Assembly (NCBI GenBank): GCA_051362555.1
Contig: CM120642.1
Location: 4,030,001 to 4,094,000, forward strand
Direction of reading: 5' to 3'
DNA length: 64,000 nt
DNA from: Lingula anatina
Taxonomy: Eukaryota > Animalia > Brachiopoda
The first letter of the stretch is position 1. Every line of letters begins with the position of its first letter. Of the stretch, positions 12,708 through 25,973 are shown piece after piece. The notes beneath the pieces were generated by a model that was not told where the DNA came from, did not search any database, and saw nothing but the letters and a program-made list of their open reading frames with translations. The position numbers and the translations under genes were made by a program.

Positions 12708-14783
12708 AAGGTAGAGCACATGCACTTCGCTAGGAACTGTCGTTAACGCATAGGCCACGGTTTTCACAGAATATGATTGAGTCCTATTTTTTAATGATAA
12801 TAACAAGAAGAAGAGAAATGAAGAGGGCAAAAAAGAAAAATAACAGTCCAACCGATGACAACAAATTGCTGTTTATATCTTGCATTGTCGATCTTACTAT
12901 TCTTCGTGAATCGTTTTTCAATCACCGACACAGCTGTCGGAATAATTTAAATGTTTCTTTTTAAATTGTATAACAATTACTTCAAAAAATGATATCGGTT
13001 TGTATTTAGAGGATACGTGTATACTCTCTGCCAGTCAAACATATTGATTATGACCTAATTTATAACAATTTTTCTCTAACGTAAAATTTTGGTGTGGAAT
13101 CCATCACCCAGTTAGCCTCTCTTTATAAATAGAGATGTAAATGCTCGCAATTTTTAAAAGGATGTCTGTCTGGAGTAAGTCACTTTTGATTAGAAATGTA
13201 ATAAGATATTGGAGAACTATATTATTCTCCATATACTGGTTATTTCAAAATATTTTTTGTTCAAATAGTAATTCATTTTAGACGGGGGATGTGTTACGTT
13301 TCAAAACGCTGTAATTTATTCTCTTTAAGTGCTTCAAGACATGTTTTGAATCGAATTGGCTTAAATTGAGTGACTTATCACGCGTTCGATGATATCTACA
13401 ATCTTTTGTACTAATTGAGAAATAATGTTTTGGCAGCCTAAAATTTACATTTCTCATTTCATTTGGAGTTCTCTGACCTTCCATTTTATAACTCTTCCAC
13501 AAAAAATGAGGTCTATTTTCGATCAGTATATTTTCTTTTGCAAAAAAAAACTGAATATTTGACCAATGTGCCTGTTCCTAACCCAAGTATTGATCAAATT
13601 ATGCCCGATAATCCCATTTTCGAGGTATAAACTTCTCATTGTTATAATCGTGGGTGTGATCAACCAGTCTCTACCTCCATTACGGTAGAGGCTCGAAAAC
13701 ATGATACCCTTTTGCTGCATCAAAGTGCGTCTAACAATGCTTCTGTTTACGGCGCTACGTTTTGTGCTATGGAGTTGAACAAATCTCCCCTCCCCAACCT
13801 TGGGGAACTTCGAGTCCAATTTCAATAAACACGTTACAAATTAACCACGCACTTCAGCAAATCCGCTAATACCTTTCATTAAATTGGATTAATTGATAAG
13901 CACACAATATGGTTGGACAGACCCGACAGCGTTGTTGACAGAAATGACTTTGTCGTCAAGAGAGAATATATTGGCTCTGCTGAGCGAGGTCTGCAACGGG
14001 TAAATACGCTGTGCGTCTTGTGATTTTTCAGTATCCATTCTCTCAGAGGTTTCTTGTCTCTTCCACTAAGGTCAGCATTTAGAAATGCACAGATCATGTG
14101 TGTTATCTATAATATACAGTCATCGGTATTGGTTGGCTTATTTCATTCAAAAATCAATAAAAGAAAACGAGGAAGAAAAAATTATGGATGACAAAAGCAG
14201 TATATTAGCAATGAGTAAGGCAGAAACTATACCGATGTGCACCGCTTTTACATATCGGTTTTATCTCGAACTTTTATAAAATTGTTTTAAAACTCATCTT
14301 AGCTTAGAAAAAATTCAGGACTTTTTGTATATGACTCTTAATACTTATTAACCAACCTAGAACGTGTCCGAGATGCGAAATCTAGCCTTGATGTTAATAT
14401 TTTCCAAGCGGTCATTCGTATAGCGTATGGTAGAAGGCCTCACCGCACCGCACCGTTCAATTAATTGAAGACTTGTACAAGAACGGCAATGTCAGCATTG
14501 ACGGCGCTAAGTCCTTGTCCGACAAGACATTTTCTCAAAGCAGTTAAGAACTAGTATTTGTACTGTTAATTGATGAAATCCAAACAGCATTTTAGTGGAG
14601 TGTACCGAATGATTGGACGAATTTCACTGCAGGTTCACACAATCAGCATATACAATCCAATTACTGACAAAAAGAAAACTTTGAAAGTTGGTGATTTCCA
14701 TGCACATGAAACACTTGGCAAAGGAGATAGCAATAAGGTGTGACGTCAAGGTATGAGGACCAACTAGCAGAAAGTCAACTAAA

Positions 14784-15905
14784 ATGACAAACAACCTGTC
14801 TGATCGACAGTGGCGACTGACAGAAAAAACAAGGAGCCAAAACAAACGTGCAGATAGACGACTTGCTCTTGAAATAGACAGCCGATATGGGTTGACCAAT
14901 GCGCATGACATAAACATCAAACATGTCACCCAAGAACAGAAACGGATCCGAAGGGAACTTCTGAAGTGCACCACCGCACCAGAGGAGCACGGTAAGAGTT
15001 TTTGGGGACTGAGGAAGAATAATGTAGGCAGAACAATGCGTCATCGCCTCGAAGAAGAGCGAATGGGAGAAAAACAGACTAGGACCCCATATGACAGTAC
15101 GCTGTTTCGATCTAATAGCGCCCCCGATTCCAAACTTAAATTGCATCAGACTGGGGATCTTTTGGTTGATAATTACTCACGGCATCGTTCTACTCGCCAG
15201 TCACAATTAAACCCTGCGAAACAGCGGTCACGTTTTCTACAGTCATTGCAGCACGAAGAGGAAAGAAGAATGCGAGAAAAGGTTCAACATTTTACAGGTA
15301 AACCTACAGTAAGCATAAAGACTAATCTTACTGTTGGTGGAAATACGTCACCACAACTGTATCTTAGAACTAATGAAGTTTCTAGCAATGCACTCCCAGC
15401 CTCCTATCCGGATAGCGGAAACACACGCGAGAAAATGACGTCACGTTTTGTGCCCTTGCTAGGAGAACCCCGCTCTGCAGCAACGACGCCTGGAATTACA
15501 CGCACGGTTCTTCCTAAACTCAAAAATCCAAATTCCTCAATCTTGTCATCAGATCCCCTGTTACCAACTAGTATAGAGATAACAGATGATGAAACTATTA
15601 CGAAAGGTCCAAAATTGCCTTTACCACCCACGATTGCACCAAGTACCGGTAGAGTGATCCCGGGAACAGTTTCACAGATTCCTCAGTTAGCAAAAAATGG
15701 AATAGCTCAGGAACGTATTCATAAACCTTTGTGCGATTTTGAGAGATACAACCCCGACGGTTCCCTGAGAACCATGTTGACAATGCCCAGTATGCCTGAA
15801 AGATTTGAGGAAGCTCGCAAAGCTAGGTATTTGCGCGTGCGCACTGAAGATTACCTGGAAACGGAACGAGCACTCAGCATCAAAGAAATATTTGAACCGA
15901 ATTAG
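14784..15905 (+). CDS. CCDC190-like coiled-coil protein (373 aa, single ORF)
   Basis: Uninterrupted ORF. N-terminal helix (NKRADRRL...HVTQEQKRIRREL) and C-terminal motif GSLRTM..MP....FEEARKARYLR....ERALSIKEIF match my recollection of the conserved ends of the CCDC190 family; Pro/Ser/Thr-rich middle. Confidence 0.7.
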   Translation: MTNNLSDRQWRLTEKTRSQNKRADRRLALEIDSRYGLTNAHDINIKHVTQEQKRIRRELLKCTTAPEEHGKSFWGLRKNNVGRTMRHRLEEERMGEKQTRTPYDSTLFRSNSAPDSKLKLHQTGDLLVDNYSRHRSTRQSQLNPAKQRSRFLQSLQHEEERRMREKVQHFTGKPTVSIKTNLTVGGNTSPQLYLRTNEVSSNALPASYPDSGNTREKMTSRFVPLLGEPRSAATTPGITRTVLPKLKNPNSSILSSDPLLPTSIEITDDETITKGPKLPLPPTIAPSTGRVIPGTVSQIPQLAKNGIAQERIHKPLCDFERYNPDGSLRTMLTMPSMPERFEEARKARYLRVRTEDYLETERALSIKEIFEPN

Positions 15906-15985
15906 ACATGATATAGTCTGCCCTTGGTAAAGCTTTGAGAAAGAACAATTTTTCTTTGGCCTCGACAATTGGCAATATGATAATA

Positions 15986-16160
15986 GGTCCCATTCAGAAC
16001 AGGGGACTAACTTGTCCGAGGGTCAAATATAGTGACCCACTACAAAGCTTGCCGTCCAATCCGCTAACAGATACTGAATAGATATCCCGTGGGGAAGTAT
16101 TCAAGTGGGTCGGCCATGTTTGACTCTCGGACTGCTTAGTCTCCAATTCTGAACGGGGCC
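15986..16160. mobile_element. Foldback MITE, probably PIF/Harbinger-type
   Basis: TIRs GGTCCCATTCAGAA / TTCTGAACGGGGCC with further imperfect pairing (GACCCACT / AGTGGGTC); 3-bp TSD ATA on both sides. Confidence 0.65.
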
Positions 16161-16589
16161 ATACATGGATTCACCTGGATGTGGCTTTTTGAGACTAGGA
16201 TTAATTGTAACCATATACAATTGCTCAAAGAAATTGATGTATTTGTGCATTTATAAGATTCAAGATTTTAAACTGTCTCAATTAAGTAGCCCTTTATTTG
16301 CTCTTATTTGAACGGTTTCTCAATAAAAAACAGGTATATGACAATCTTGTTAACGGAGATATTCAGGGCTTATTAATTAAGCAATGAGGACAAAAAGACA
16401 CCGTCTTATGAATAGGTACACAATTACATGCAATTAAAATGTGCGCACTTCAACATTTGTCACTGCTAACAATTATTAGGATTTAATTTCAATAAAGATG
16501 TTATATAAGCGTACAGATATCTCATACTCCGTGTAACAACACCTCAATAAAGTGCTAAATATCAAGCGTTATCTATTACCAAGGTATCT

Positions 16590-19356
16590 TTATGTTTTTT
16601 TCATTTTCTCTCTCCTTATCAAAAGCTTACTTACACGTTTGATCATCTTAAAAATAAATACAACGAAAACCTTCAACAGATAGATTAAACAAAGAAATGC
16701 GGCTACAAGTGGTAAGATTATATCTAGAAGGTAATATTGGTACCATGAAAGTCTGTAGACCGCCTTGTTATGAAGAAATAATGGTCCACGGTGGCGGATC
16801 ACGTAGTCAACCCAGAATAAAAATTCATCTTTTCCAGATATTGGAACGTCTTGTAAAATATCGGACATCTTTGCCGCATTTTGTTTGTATTTTTCATTAC
16901 TTAAGTGTGTGTCCATGATAAGACCAGTCAGAGGGTGGCAAGGTGGGGGTCAACAGATTTCAACCAAATTCATAATATAGTTGCATACATAGGAGATATT
17001 CACATTGAAGGCAACAATCCCAAAAGAAATCATTGGATATAATTTTAATATAATATTAAATGTTTTGGCCATTTTTGGCTTGATTTTCAGCTTCGGTCAA
17101 TAAAGCCACTTCATTAGCAAATAGGTCAAAACTGCTGACTCTTTAAAATAAATTGATAATTTACCTATTTAAACCAGCCATTTGCCATTGAGAATATGTT
17201 ACTTAATTTCAGTTTAACCCACAAACTAACGAGCCACGCCCATTTTTATAACCCCACCCCCCAAACTCACTTTTCTACCAAGCAATGTTCAAGCATTCAT
17301 ATCTCTCTTTTTGCAGGGTTGACAGCCATAAAATTGTATAGGGATCCTGAGCATATATTGGTCTCATCATACAAATTTTAAAAAGTGTGTTAAACACAAC
17401 AGAAGATATAGAAAAAGTGCCTCAAACATAAGCAATTTTAGCAGAAAACCAAACGACCAAAATCAAGATATCAGTACCTTTCAATAATCAAATTTAATCA
17501 AAGACTCACAGCCAGGAATTCAAACAATGCTTTGATAAGGGCAAATCTATCCAATTTTTATAAATACAAGATGGCTGCCATCAATTCTGTCCCAAAATAC
17601 AGTTACCTTAATTCCTCAAAATAATCAAGAGGCCCATTTTTGCAGGTTTTTTTTTTTTGAGATCTGTAATACAGGATTGCTCAGATAATATTCTTTTCAA
17701 ACAGAGCCATACAACCTCTGAATAAATTTAAATTATTAGTGACAAGTTATTCACACCCCCCCCCCCCATTTAATGAGTTATTACTGTGCATATCCAATGT
17801 TATCAGCATTGTGTATATACCTTATTTTCAGGGAGCAATAGAGAAAAATAAAAAAAAAATTACGAAAGATTTTTCTAAAGGTAAAAGGGAATGACTGTCT
17901 CATTTTATCAGTTTTCTCAAGTGCAACACTAATTAATCCACTTGAAATGATTTATATTGCATTTTTCAACCATTCTTTTTCCTTTCAAATGATTCATAGG
18001 TTTTGTAAATACATGTGATATCTTGATATCTATATTCTTTTTCTATAAAGAAAAATAAAACAGAGTCAGCAACATACAATGACAGGAGTACTTTATTTTC
18101 ATATTATCAATTGGACAGTAAAAGAACAAAACAGTTACTTTTCACAGGAGTGAAATCAAGCTATGAATCTCCCAAGGTTCCAATATCACGGTCATCTTTT
18201 CCATATACTGAACACAACAGTGATGGGTAGTGTTCCAGAGATTTTAATCTTATAACTGATTGATCCCCAAGTTTCTTCTTCTGGTTGAGAGATCTAGGGT
18301 CTCCTTAGACAGTAATGATAATTCAGCAATCTTAGAATAAGTGTGGTAACTTGAAGCAACATACCACTATAGTTTAGTGTGACTGAACTGTCAATTGTCA
18401 ATATTTGTCAATCCAATGGAAATCCAATTTGAAATCCAGAATTTCATAATAGAAAGACAGAGTTGGTGCTCACATCTGAATCTGATGAATTTGCCTGTGC
18501 AATTTCAGGTGACTCTTCTATTATTATCTGTACGATTGTCCAGGTCAAGGTTCACATCCAGGCCTAGGATGTTAAATCTGAAAAATAAACATAACATCAA
18601 TAAATGTTTTACAACAACAGAGGCTTACTGTGTTCAGAATAGAAACTACTGTAGCAGGATCAATCTATCTCAGCGGAGTATCACACTCAGGCTCAGTCAC
18701 TGTAATCAGCTTAATTGTCTGGCACACCCCCTTGCAAAGCAACATGAACAACATAATGGACCACAAAGTCTTCCTGATTTTTAAGTACTTTTAGTTGTAC
18801 AAGTGTTCTGTGTAAGTCTTGAAAATTGAAGCACAGTGTGTTACAAAGTCACATAAAGCTAAGTGGTTAACTTCAACTTCATTGTAAACACATAAATCTG
18901 CAAATGAAACTAAAATATAAAAAACTGGCACAAGTAACATCCCCTAAAATGGCAAAACTTGAAACTGAATGTGTGTTACATACCTTTGATTCTGGGTAAG
19001 AAATTTCTAATGAAGCTGTCTACAAGCTGTCTCTTAACTGTTTGTGTTATGATAACACATGTAACAAAGCCCTAGAATTTAATGCACAAATATACTTCAT
19101 AAGTTAGATACACAGTTAATTCTTTTCAGCAAATATATTTACCATGAAATAGAAATCAAGTAAAATTCTATGAATTGAAATATACCAGAACTTCTTTTAA
19201 TTCTGCTTATATTCTTTATATTACTTAAAAATATTCAAACTTATTATTTAAACTGGTTTGAGTTTTTAGTGTATCTGATTCTAGTATATGTATGCCACCA
19301 CTGGCCAACAACAGAGTAGGTTATTACTTCCTGAAATAGTGACAGAACCGACTTTG

Positions 19357-19408
<52 letters not shown>

Positions 19409-22079
19409 CACTTACCTTACAACAAACATCCAGAGCTAAATCGATGAGCTGGATATATTGAGGAACCCAAGCCTGACAACAGTCTGAAGTGGTTCAACAA
19501 AAAAAAAAAAAAAAAAAAAAGAAAAAAAAAATGCACATTCCAGCTGCTATGGCCATTTCTTGTGATATTCTGGTGCACACCAATCCTTCTGAGATGTACA
19601 TAAGCATCACCAGTGCGTGTTCTTCATAAAATTAAGAAAGCATTATGTTTTCACACTGTAAAGACGATGTGCTTTGCTCCACAGTTGCTCCGGTGATAAT
19701 CCTAGTACCCGCCATGTTGAAAATAGGTCACAGAGTTAGCATCGTTATTTTACATTTAGTTTCTACAACATAAACAAATTTAAAAAACGTATTTTTGCTT
19801 CTTACGTTTGTCTGCAGGGCAAACATGACTATCTTAAGGGCTTTTCACAAACCTATACATGGTTTTGACTTATTAATTTAGTTGAAGAAACAGTTTAGCA
19901 TTTAAGCAGTATGAAAATATTCGTTTTTAGACCCTTTTTAAAATTGTTATAGTTCTAATTTTACAAGGTTTAACACAGATTTTATTTCACAAAATTTATT
20001 TTTCAACCCTTTTCTGTTAGCACATACCAAAATTATATGGATACAACCTGCAAAAAAGAAGTTGTGTGCATTTAAAGAAGGGGAGGGGGTCAAGCATACG
20101 GAAATCGTGCCTAATTAGAATCAACCTTGTGTGGTCATGACAGTGCCTTTTCTGTACTGGGTATTAAAGGTCTTTCCTTAACCTATCATGTGGCTAACCT
20201 AAATAATTCCTTATGATGTACATGATTTTTTAAAAGAATATTTAAAATTATAACTTTTCAAGAACTAAAAAATGCTATATTTTGGCAAAATTGCCAATAA
20301 AAGAACTGCCACCATATCTCTAAAACTAATGATCCAAAATAAGAAAGCCAGTGTCTCACAACATCTTTCATGTTGATGATTTACCACACCAAAAATTATT
20401 AAAATCTGCTGACCCCCACCTTGCCGCCTTCTGACCGATCTGTTTGGCTTTCTCATGGACGCGCTCTTAATAACTCGTTGATTGCTTCCTCTAGCTCTAT
20501 CTGTGTCATTGTATGAAAGTCGATTAAAACCCCAATTTTGGCCCTTTTCACCAATTTAGCTGCATTGTGATGCTGGTCTGCAAAAAGCGGTACTGCTACC
20601 ACGGGCACAGCGTGGAACAGCGTCTCCCACGTGCTGCTGATACCACAGTGCGTGATGAACAGCTTCATGGCGGGGTGAGCTAGAATGTCGTTTTGTGGAA
20701 TCCACTCCATGATCTTGGTGTTTTCCCCTAAAGATGGTGGAATAGGTCCTTTGTATCGCCATAATACTTTCTGTGGAAACTTGGAAAATACCTATTTAAG
20801 GAAAAAAGAAATACTTGATCCAGTAGTTTTTATTGATAACCAGCATGTAAGCCCCTATATCAAATTTTATCAGATGTATACAAATTAGGTAAGCTTCAAA
20901 ATCACTACATTAGTGGAGATAACCCCAGCTATCGTTACTTTGAATCCTACATGCAAGCGGATCAAGATAATTCAGACTAACAATAAGTATAATGTGTGTA
21001 CCAACAAACAAGCCAATATGTCCGAAATGTAAAGCTGAATCTGCTAGCAGACACTATTTCATTTATCCCAATTGTGTCATTTGTATGAACATATGTTTTT
21101 ATAAACAAGTGAACTAAAATTTCACCTTTGCAAATAATTCTGCAGTTTCCTCCTCCAGCGTCGGCACCATAGATCCAAAACTCATTAGTATAACCCCATG
21201 ATGAGCAGACGACATGAAAGACAATAGATCGGGCGATAGAGGGCGCGCCGGTGTCCACTGTAGCCCGGATATTGGTTTTATGTGAGGCATGAGGGGCCTG
21301 GGGAAGTCAAAGGCAAAATGCACATTTGCTGTGATAATAATAGAAACGTTTTCATAAGACCAGCCAACTGGAAGAAAGTTGTTCCCTGGGAAATATGTTG
21401 CTGATAATTCCTCTATCTGGTTTAAATACAAGTACCTATGTACGAATCCAATGGTCACCCATGACACTGTATTCAAAAATCGGTCAAAGTAGTTCATGTC
21501 GGTTGTCAGCCTTCCACTTATCAACGGGGTAGTGGCTGGGTTAAATGGATTGCGGGTTATGGTCCACAAATCTTCTAATCCGTAATTTGAATACATGATG
21601 GTGGGTAGCTGTAAATACTGTACTAAAATTACAGAACACATCTCGACATAGTCAAATATGAACAAAGAATAGTTTCCTTTCTTGATATTCCCCATCATTT
21701 GTTTGTCCGCAAGCATGCTTTCACAAGTAAACCTATTATGCCGAGCTATATGTAGAACTAAAGCAATGAAGTCACTTTTTGCTAGGCGCATCATTGATTT
21801 GAAATCCACTGTTTGAAACGGTCGAATTACGTCCGAAAGAGTGATATTGTACTTCTGAAATGTAACACCGTTTAGCACCCGCGAAGGTGTATAGTCCGCC
21901 CTGACTATCATGGTCACATTATGACCATGTTCAGTCAACATCAAAGCCAACTTCTCCATATTCATAGCTCTCGAATTGTACGTTGCCGCATAAGGTAGAA
22001 TAAGAATGTTGTCCCCATTGCAAAGAGTGATAATGTGCAGTAGAAGCAAGGAGACCAATCCCGCTCTGTTAAGATCCAT
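16590..22079 (-). pseudogene. UDP-glucuronosyltransferase (UGT2-like), disrupted by a transposon insertion in this haplotype
   Basis: Exon 1 22079-21126 (signal peptide, FDFPRP, ILMSFGS); phase-0 intron; exon 2 from 20791 (KVLWRY, WIPQNDILAHP..KLFITHCG..S..E..FHAVPVVAVPLFADQ). Exon 2 is broken at TTAA 20467-20470 and resumes at 16904-16590 (YKQNAAKMS..FWVDYV.RH..LSWYQYYLLD, TM, KMKKT ER-retrieval signal). Removing the insert restores ...INELLSNEKYK... in frame. Confidence 0.93.
16905..20466 (-). mobile_element. 3.56-kb non-autonomous TTAA-targeting DNA transposon (Sola3-like), copy 1
   Basis: TTAA TSD at 16901-16904 and 20467-20470. Imperfect TIRs GAGCGCGTCCATGAGAA...GGCAAGGTGGGGGTCAGCAGATTT and GTGTGTGTCCATGATAA...GGCAAGGTGGGGGTCAACAGATTT. 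A GAG terminus plus TTAA fits Sola3 better than piggyBac (CC termini). No intact transposase, so the superfamily call is tentative. Confidence 0.85.
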
Positions 22080-23925
22080 GGTCCAGCCCTAGCCATATAA
22101 ACGAACCGATACAGCTGGATGGCACTTTATATGGAATATATATTTAAACCACGGCTAGCGCATAGCACAAAAGATTCGGCCGTGCTGTATTCGACATACA
22201 AGCACGTCATGTACGAGAGCGTTCCAAGGTCTGTTGCACTACTAGTGTAATATTTCGCGTACGGCTCTGTGACTCCTATTGTATCTATCACATAAAACGA
22301 ATTTAACTCCACATCTGGAAACACTTATTGTTATACATGTCAGTATTGGTATATGAATATGTAGGCCTATTACTTCTGTCGATCCATCATTTGCCTTGTC
22401 AAAATTCCTCTAATCTCAATATAACGTCTATATGACCACACATGCCTGTATTCCACGCTTTCCTTCCATACGATGAGTCATGTTCAAAGCCCAAATACGC
22501 ACCCGTTAAAGAACTATAAATCTTTTCTTTTTGTGGAGAAGAAATATGAGACCGCATGACCGGCTTTACCTAGTAAGATATTTTTGTGCCTTTCGCATAC
22601 AGTACAGTACGTGTGTGTGTTGTATTCACGAGTTCCCCGCTGTTTATAGTGACCAGCACAAGAATGTGTTGATGATTGCCAGATTTTGATGACAATTCTT
22701 AAAGCGTAGTCAGGTTATTTAAAGGAATGCCTGTTTGGAAAGTATTTTTAGGCCACTTCCCCCGTTTTACTCTGCTATTGCTGTTATTTCTAGTTTCGAT
22801 CTCAAAAGTTGTTTGCTATAAAATACAACATGATGGCTGTCCGAAAAGCAATGAAACGAAATCAAAAAAGGTTTAATATTTGGATATTAATCTCTTAATC
22901 TCTTAGAATTTCAATTTCAGTGTTAAACACAATTTATTGACAGGAACATTATATTAAAATAAGTGATATATATGCAATGTATTGTACATGTAACACAAAG
23001 ATCAACAAGAAATCCTTTTGTGACTTATTACTCAAACACGTCAAAATAGTAAGCTGAATCTAAATTATATTTGTGGCTGTTTTTTTTTTAGTTCAGTTTT
23101 TCATCTCTTTCTAGAAACCACTATTCATAAATAGTGCAAAACACGTCTTGCTACTTATTCCTTGCTACTGCCTTCTCGATATACATATACATGTGATTGT
23201 CCATTAATATGAATATTTAAAAAATAGACATTGAAAAATCAATTCACTGTTACGTTGTTTGAATATTATTATATCATACACCATACATGAAAAAAAATAA
23301 GGAAGAGAAAAAGATTGCTGTACTGCCTCCTTTTTGGTTTTGGGTAATTGGATTAAAGTTCAATAAGGTTCATAGTATCTGTTTACAAACTTTGATAATA
23401 TTTATCAGTATTGCTTTCGTTATTTACATGTTTGTGAATCATAATATATTTTACTGCCTCAGTGCCGATCGATATCAAGTGTGATTGATATCCTCCCTAT
23501 TCAGTATCCCGTAGACTTACAGCCCTTATATCCACTTGTGACAAAACCCATTATTCCTTCCACGGCATATATATTCTAACAGTTTTATCTATGCTATCCA
23601 ATGGATTTTGTCGTCTGAGATCAACTTACTTTATAGTTTCAAACCACTGGACTGCCAATATCGATATCACTAAATTAAGTCTTTGTAGCCAACAAAAACA
23701 ACCAAACATTGGGCTAACAATAATTTTCCATATCCAATCTTATACATGTAGAACATTGCCATACACATGTTGAATCACATGCACATTACAGCAAGGATTG
23801 TTGAATGTGCTCACGTACCAAGACAATATATGTAAGTTTCAGACGACAGTTCTGTCACATATGAGGAATTTAACCTCACTACTAAATTTTGTATTTAATC
23901 TTCTTTTTGAACTGCAACTGCTGTA

Positions 23926-24154
23926 CACACAATGGACAATGGAAGTGTCACCCCCTGAATCAGAGTAATCAAATAGTACCCAAGCGATCAATAATCAAAG
24001 TAGGCAGATCTTGAGTAATAATAATGTCTGGTCTACATTTTTATGTGAAATGTGATGTGAATAAAATGATACCAGGAGCATATCATTACACAGTCATTTA
24101 TCTCCGCCAAAGTATTAGTTCAGTAGGGGTGACACATCTATTGTCCATTGTGCT
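23926..24154 (+). mobile_element. MITE (internal deletion derivative) of the Tc1 family in this window
   Basis: Both degenerate TIRs (CACACAATGGACAATGGAAGTGTCACCCC / GGGGTGACACATCTATTGTCCATTGTG) plus subterminal blocks TAGGCAGATCTTG and AATAAAATGATACCAGGAGCATAT matching the two ends of the 1.39-kb Tc1. Confidence 0.8.
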
Positions 24155-24857
24155 TATGTTACGAACTATGCTCCTTGTAAGTCCAGTTGTTGCCGTGGGT
24201 CATTCATCAGTTAGGTAAAATAAGGTACATTTGGCATTGTCAATTTACAACGTCTATAGTAGAAAATGAAAGAAAAATGAAAGTCTTAAAACGATGTTTT
24301 GGTCCGCTTTGCTTTTTCACCGTAACAACCCATTATTATAACAAGACCTGTTTCCTTTGTAGTCAAATGTCTTTCCCTGCTGGGTCGATTTTGATGTCTT
24401 TTCACAGCCTTTTTTTGCCCCACAGTTTCTTTTCTTTTCTTTTGATCTTCCCTTGTCTGGAGCAAATGACATAGCGTTCTAAACGCCTCACGAAGGCTTC
24501 TTTTCGAACCCAAAGATATCAAACTGCCGTTGATCCGTACCTATGAAAGGATAAAGGATAGGATATTGGAAATTTACCATGATATACAGATAACCAAATA
24601 GACTGCCAGCTAAGTACGTTAGTTTTTTTTACATTATTCAGCAATAAAATAACTGATATTGCAAAGAGAAAAACAAGATCCACAGCACAGCTGTAGTTAT
24701 ACAGCAGGTGGCAAACACAAATAAAAACAATAAGCCCAGATGGAGCTTATTACAATATTATGAAAAAATCAAGAAAATAAAATCAGATATTCATAAACGA
24801 AAGCAAGTTTTGATTCAGTTTACTAAATTTTGTAAAAAAAAATCTATTAGTTGTTAA

Positions 24858-25915
24858 GAGCGCGTCCATGAGAAAGCCAAACAGATCGGTCAGAAGGCGG
24901 CAAGGTGGGGGTCAGCAGATTTTAATAATTTTTGGTGTGGTAAATCATCAACATGAAAGATGTTGTGAGACACTGGCTTTCTTATTTTGGATCATTAGTT
25001 TTAGAGATATGGTGGCAGTTCTTTTATTGGCAATTTTGCCAAAATATAGCATTTTTTAGTTCTTGAAAAGTTATAATTTTAAATATTCTTTTAAAAAATC
25101 ATGTACATCATAAGGAATTATTTAGGTTAGCCACATGATAGGTTAAGGAAAGACCTTTAATACCCAGTACAGAAAAGGCACTGTCATGACCACACAAGGT
25201 TGATTCTAATTAGGCACGATTTCCGTATGCTTGACCCCCTCCCCTTCTTTAAATGCACACAACTTCTTTTTTGCAGGTTGTATCCATATAATTTTGGTAT
25301 GTGCTAACAGAAAAGGGTTGAAAAATAAATTTTGTGAAATAAAATCTGTGTTAAACCTTGTAAAATTAGAACTATAACAATTTTAAAAAGGGTCTAAAAA
25401 CGAATATTTTCATACTGCTTAAATGCTAAACTGTTTCTTCAACTAAATTAATAAGTCAAAACCATGTATAGGTTTGTGAAAAGCCCTTAAGATAGTCATG
25501 TTTGCCCTGCAGACAAACGTAAGAAGCAAAAATACGTTTTTTAAATTTGTTTATGTTGTAGAAACTAAATGTAAAATAACGATGCTAACTCTGTGACCTA
25601 TTTTCAACATGGCGGGTACTAGGATTATCACCGGAGCAACTGTGGAGCAAAGCACATCGTCTTTACAGTGTGAAAACATAATGCTTTCTTAATTTTATGA
25701 AGAACACGCACTGGTGATGCTTATGTACATCTCAGAAGGATTGGTGTGCACCAGAATATCACAAGAAATGGCCATAGCAGCTGGAATGTGCATTTTTTTT
25801 TTCTTTTTTTTTTTTTTTTTTTTTTGTTGAACCACTTCAGACTGTTGTCAGGCTTGGGTTCCTCAATATATCCAGCTCATCGATTTAGCTCTGGATGTTT
25901 GTTGTAAGGTAAGTG

Positions 25916-25973
<58 letters not shown>

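Noticed and set aside
18395-18784. 129-aa ORF, mirrored at 26546-26935
   Set aside because: TTG start and no recognisable domain; its recurrence only reflects the duplicated transposon.
20467-24857. Possible inversion between the two inverted elements
   Set aside because: The UGT halves are colinear and rejoin in frame, so no inversion is present in this assembly.
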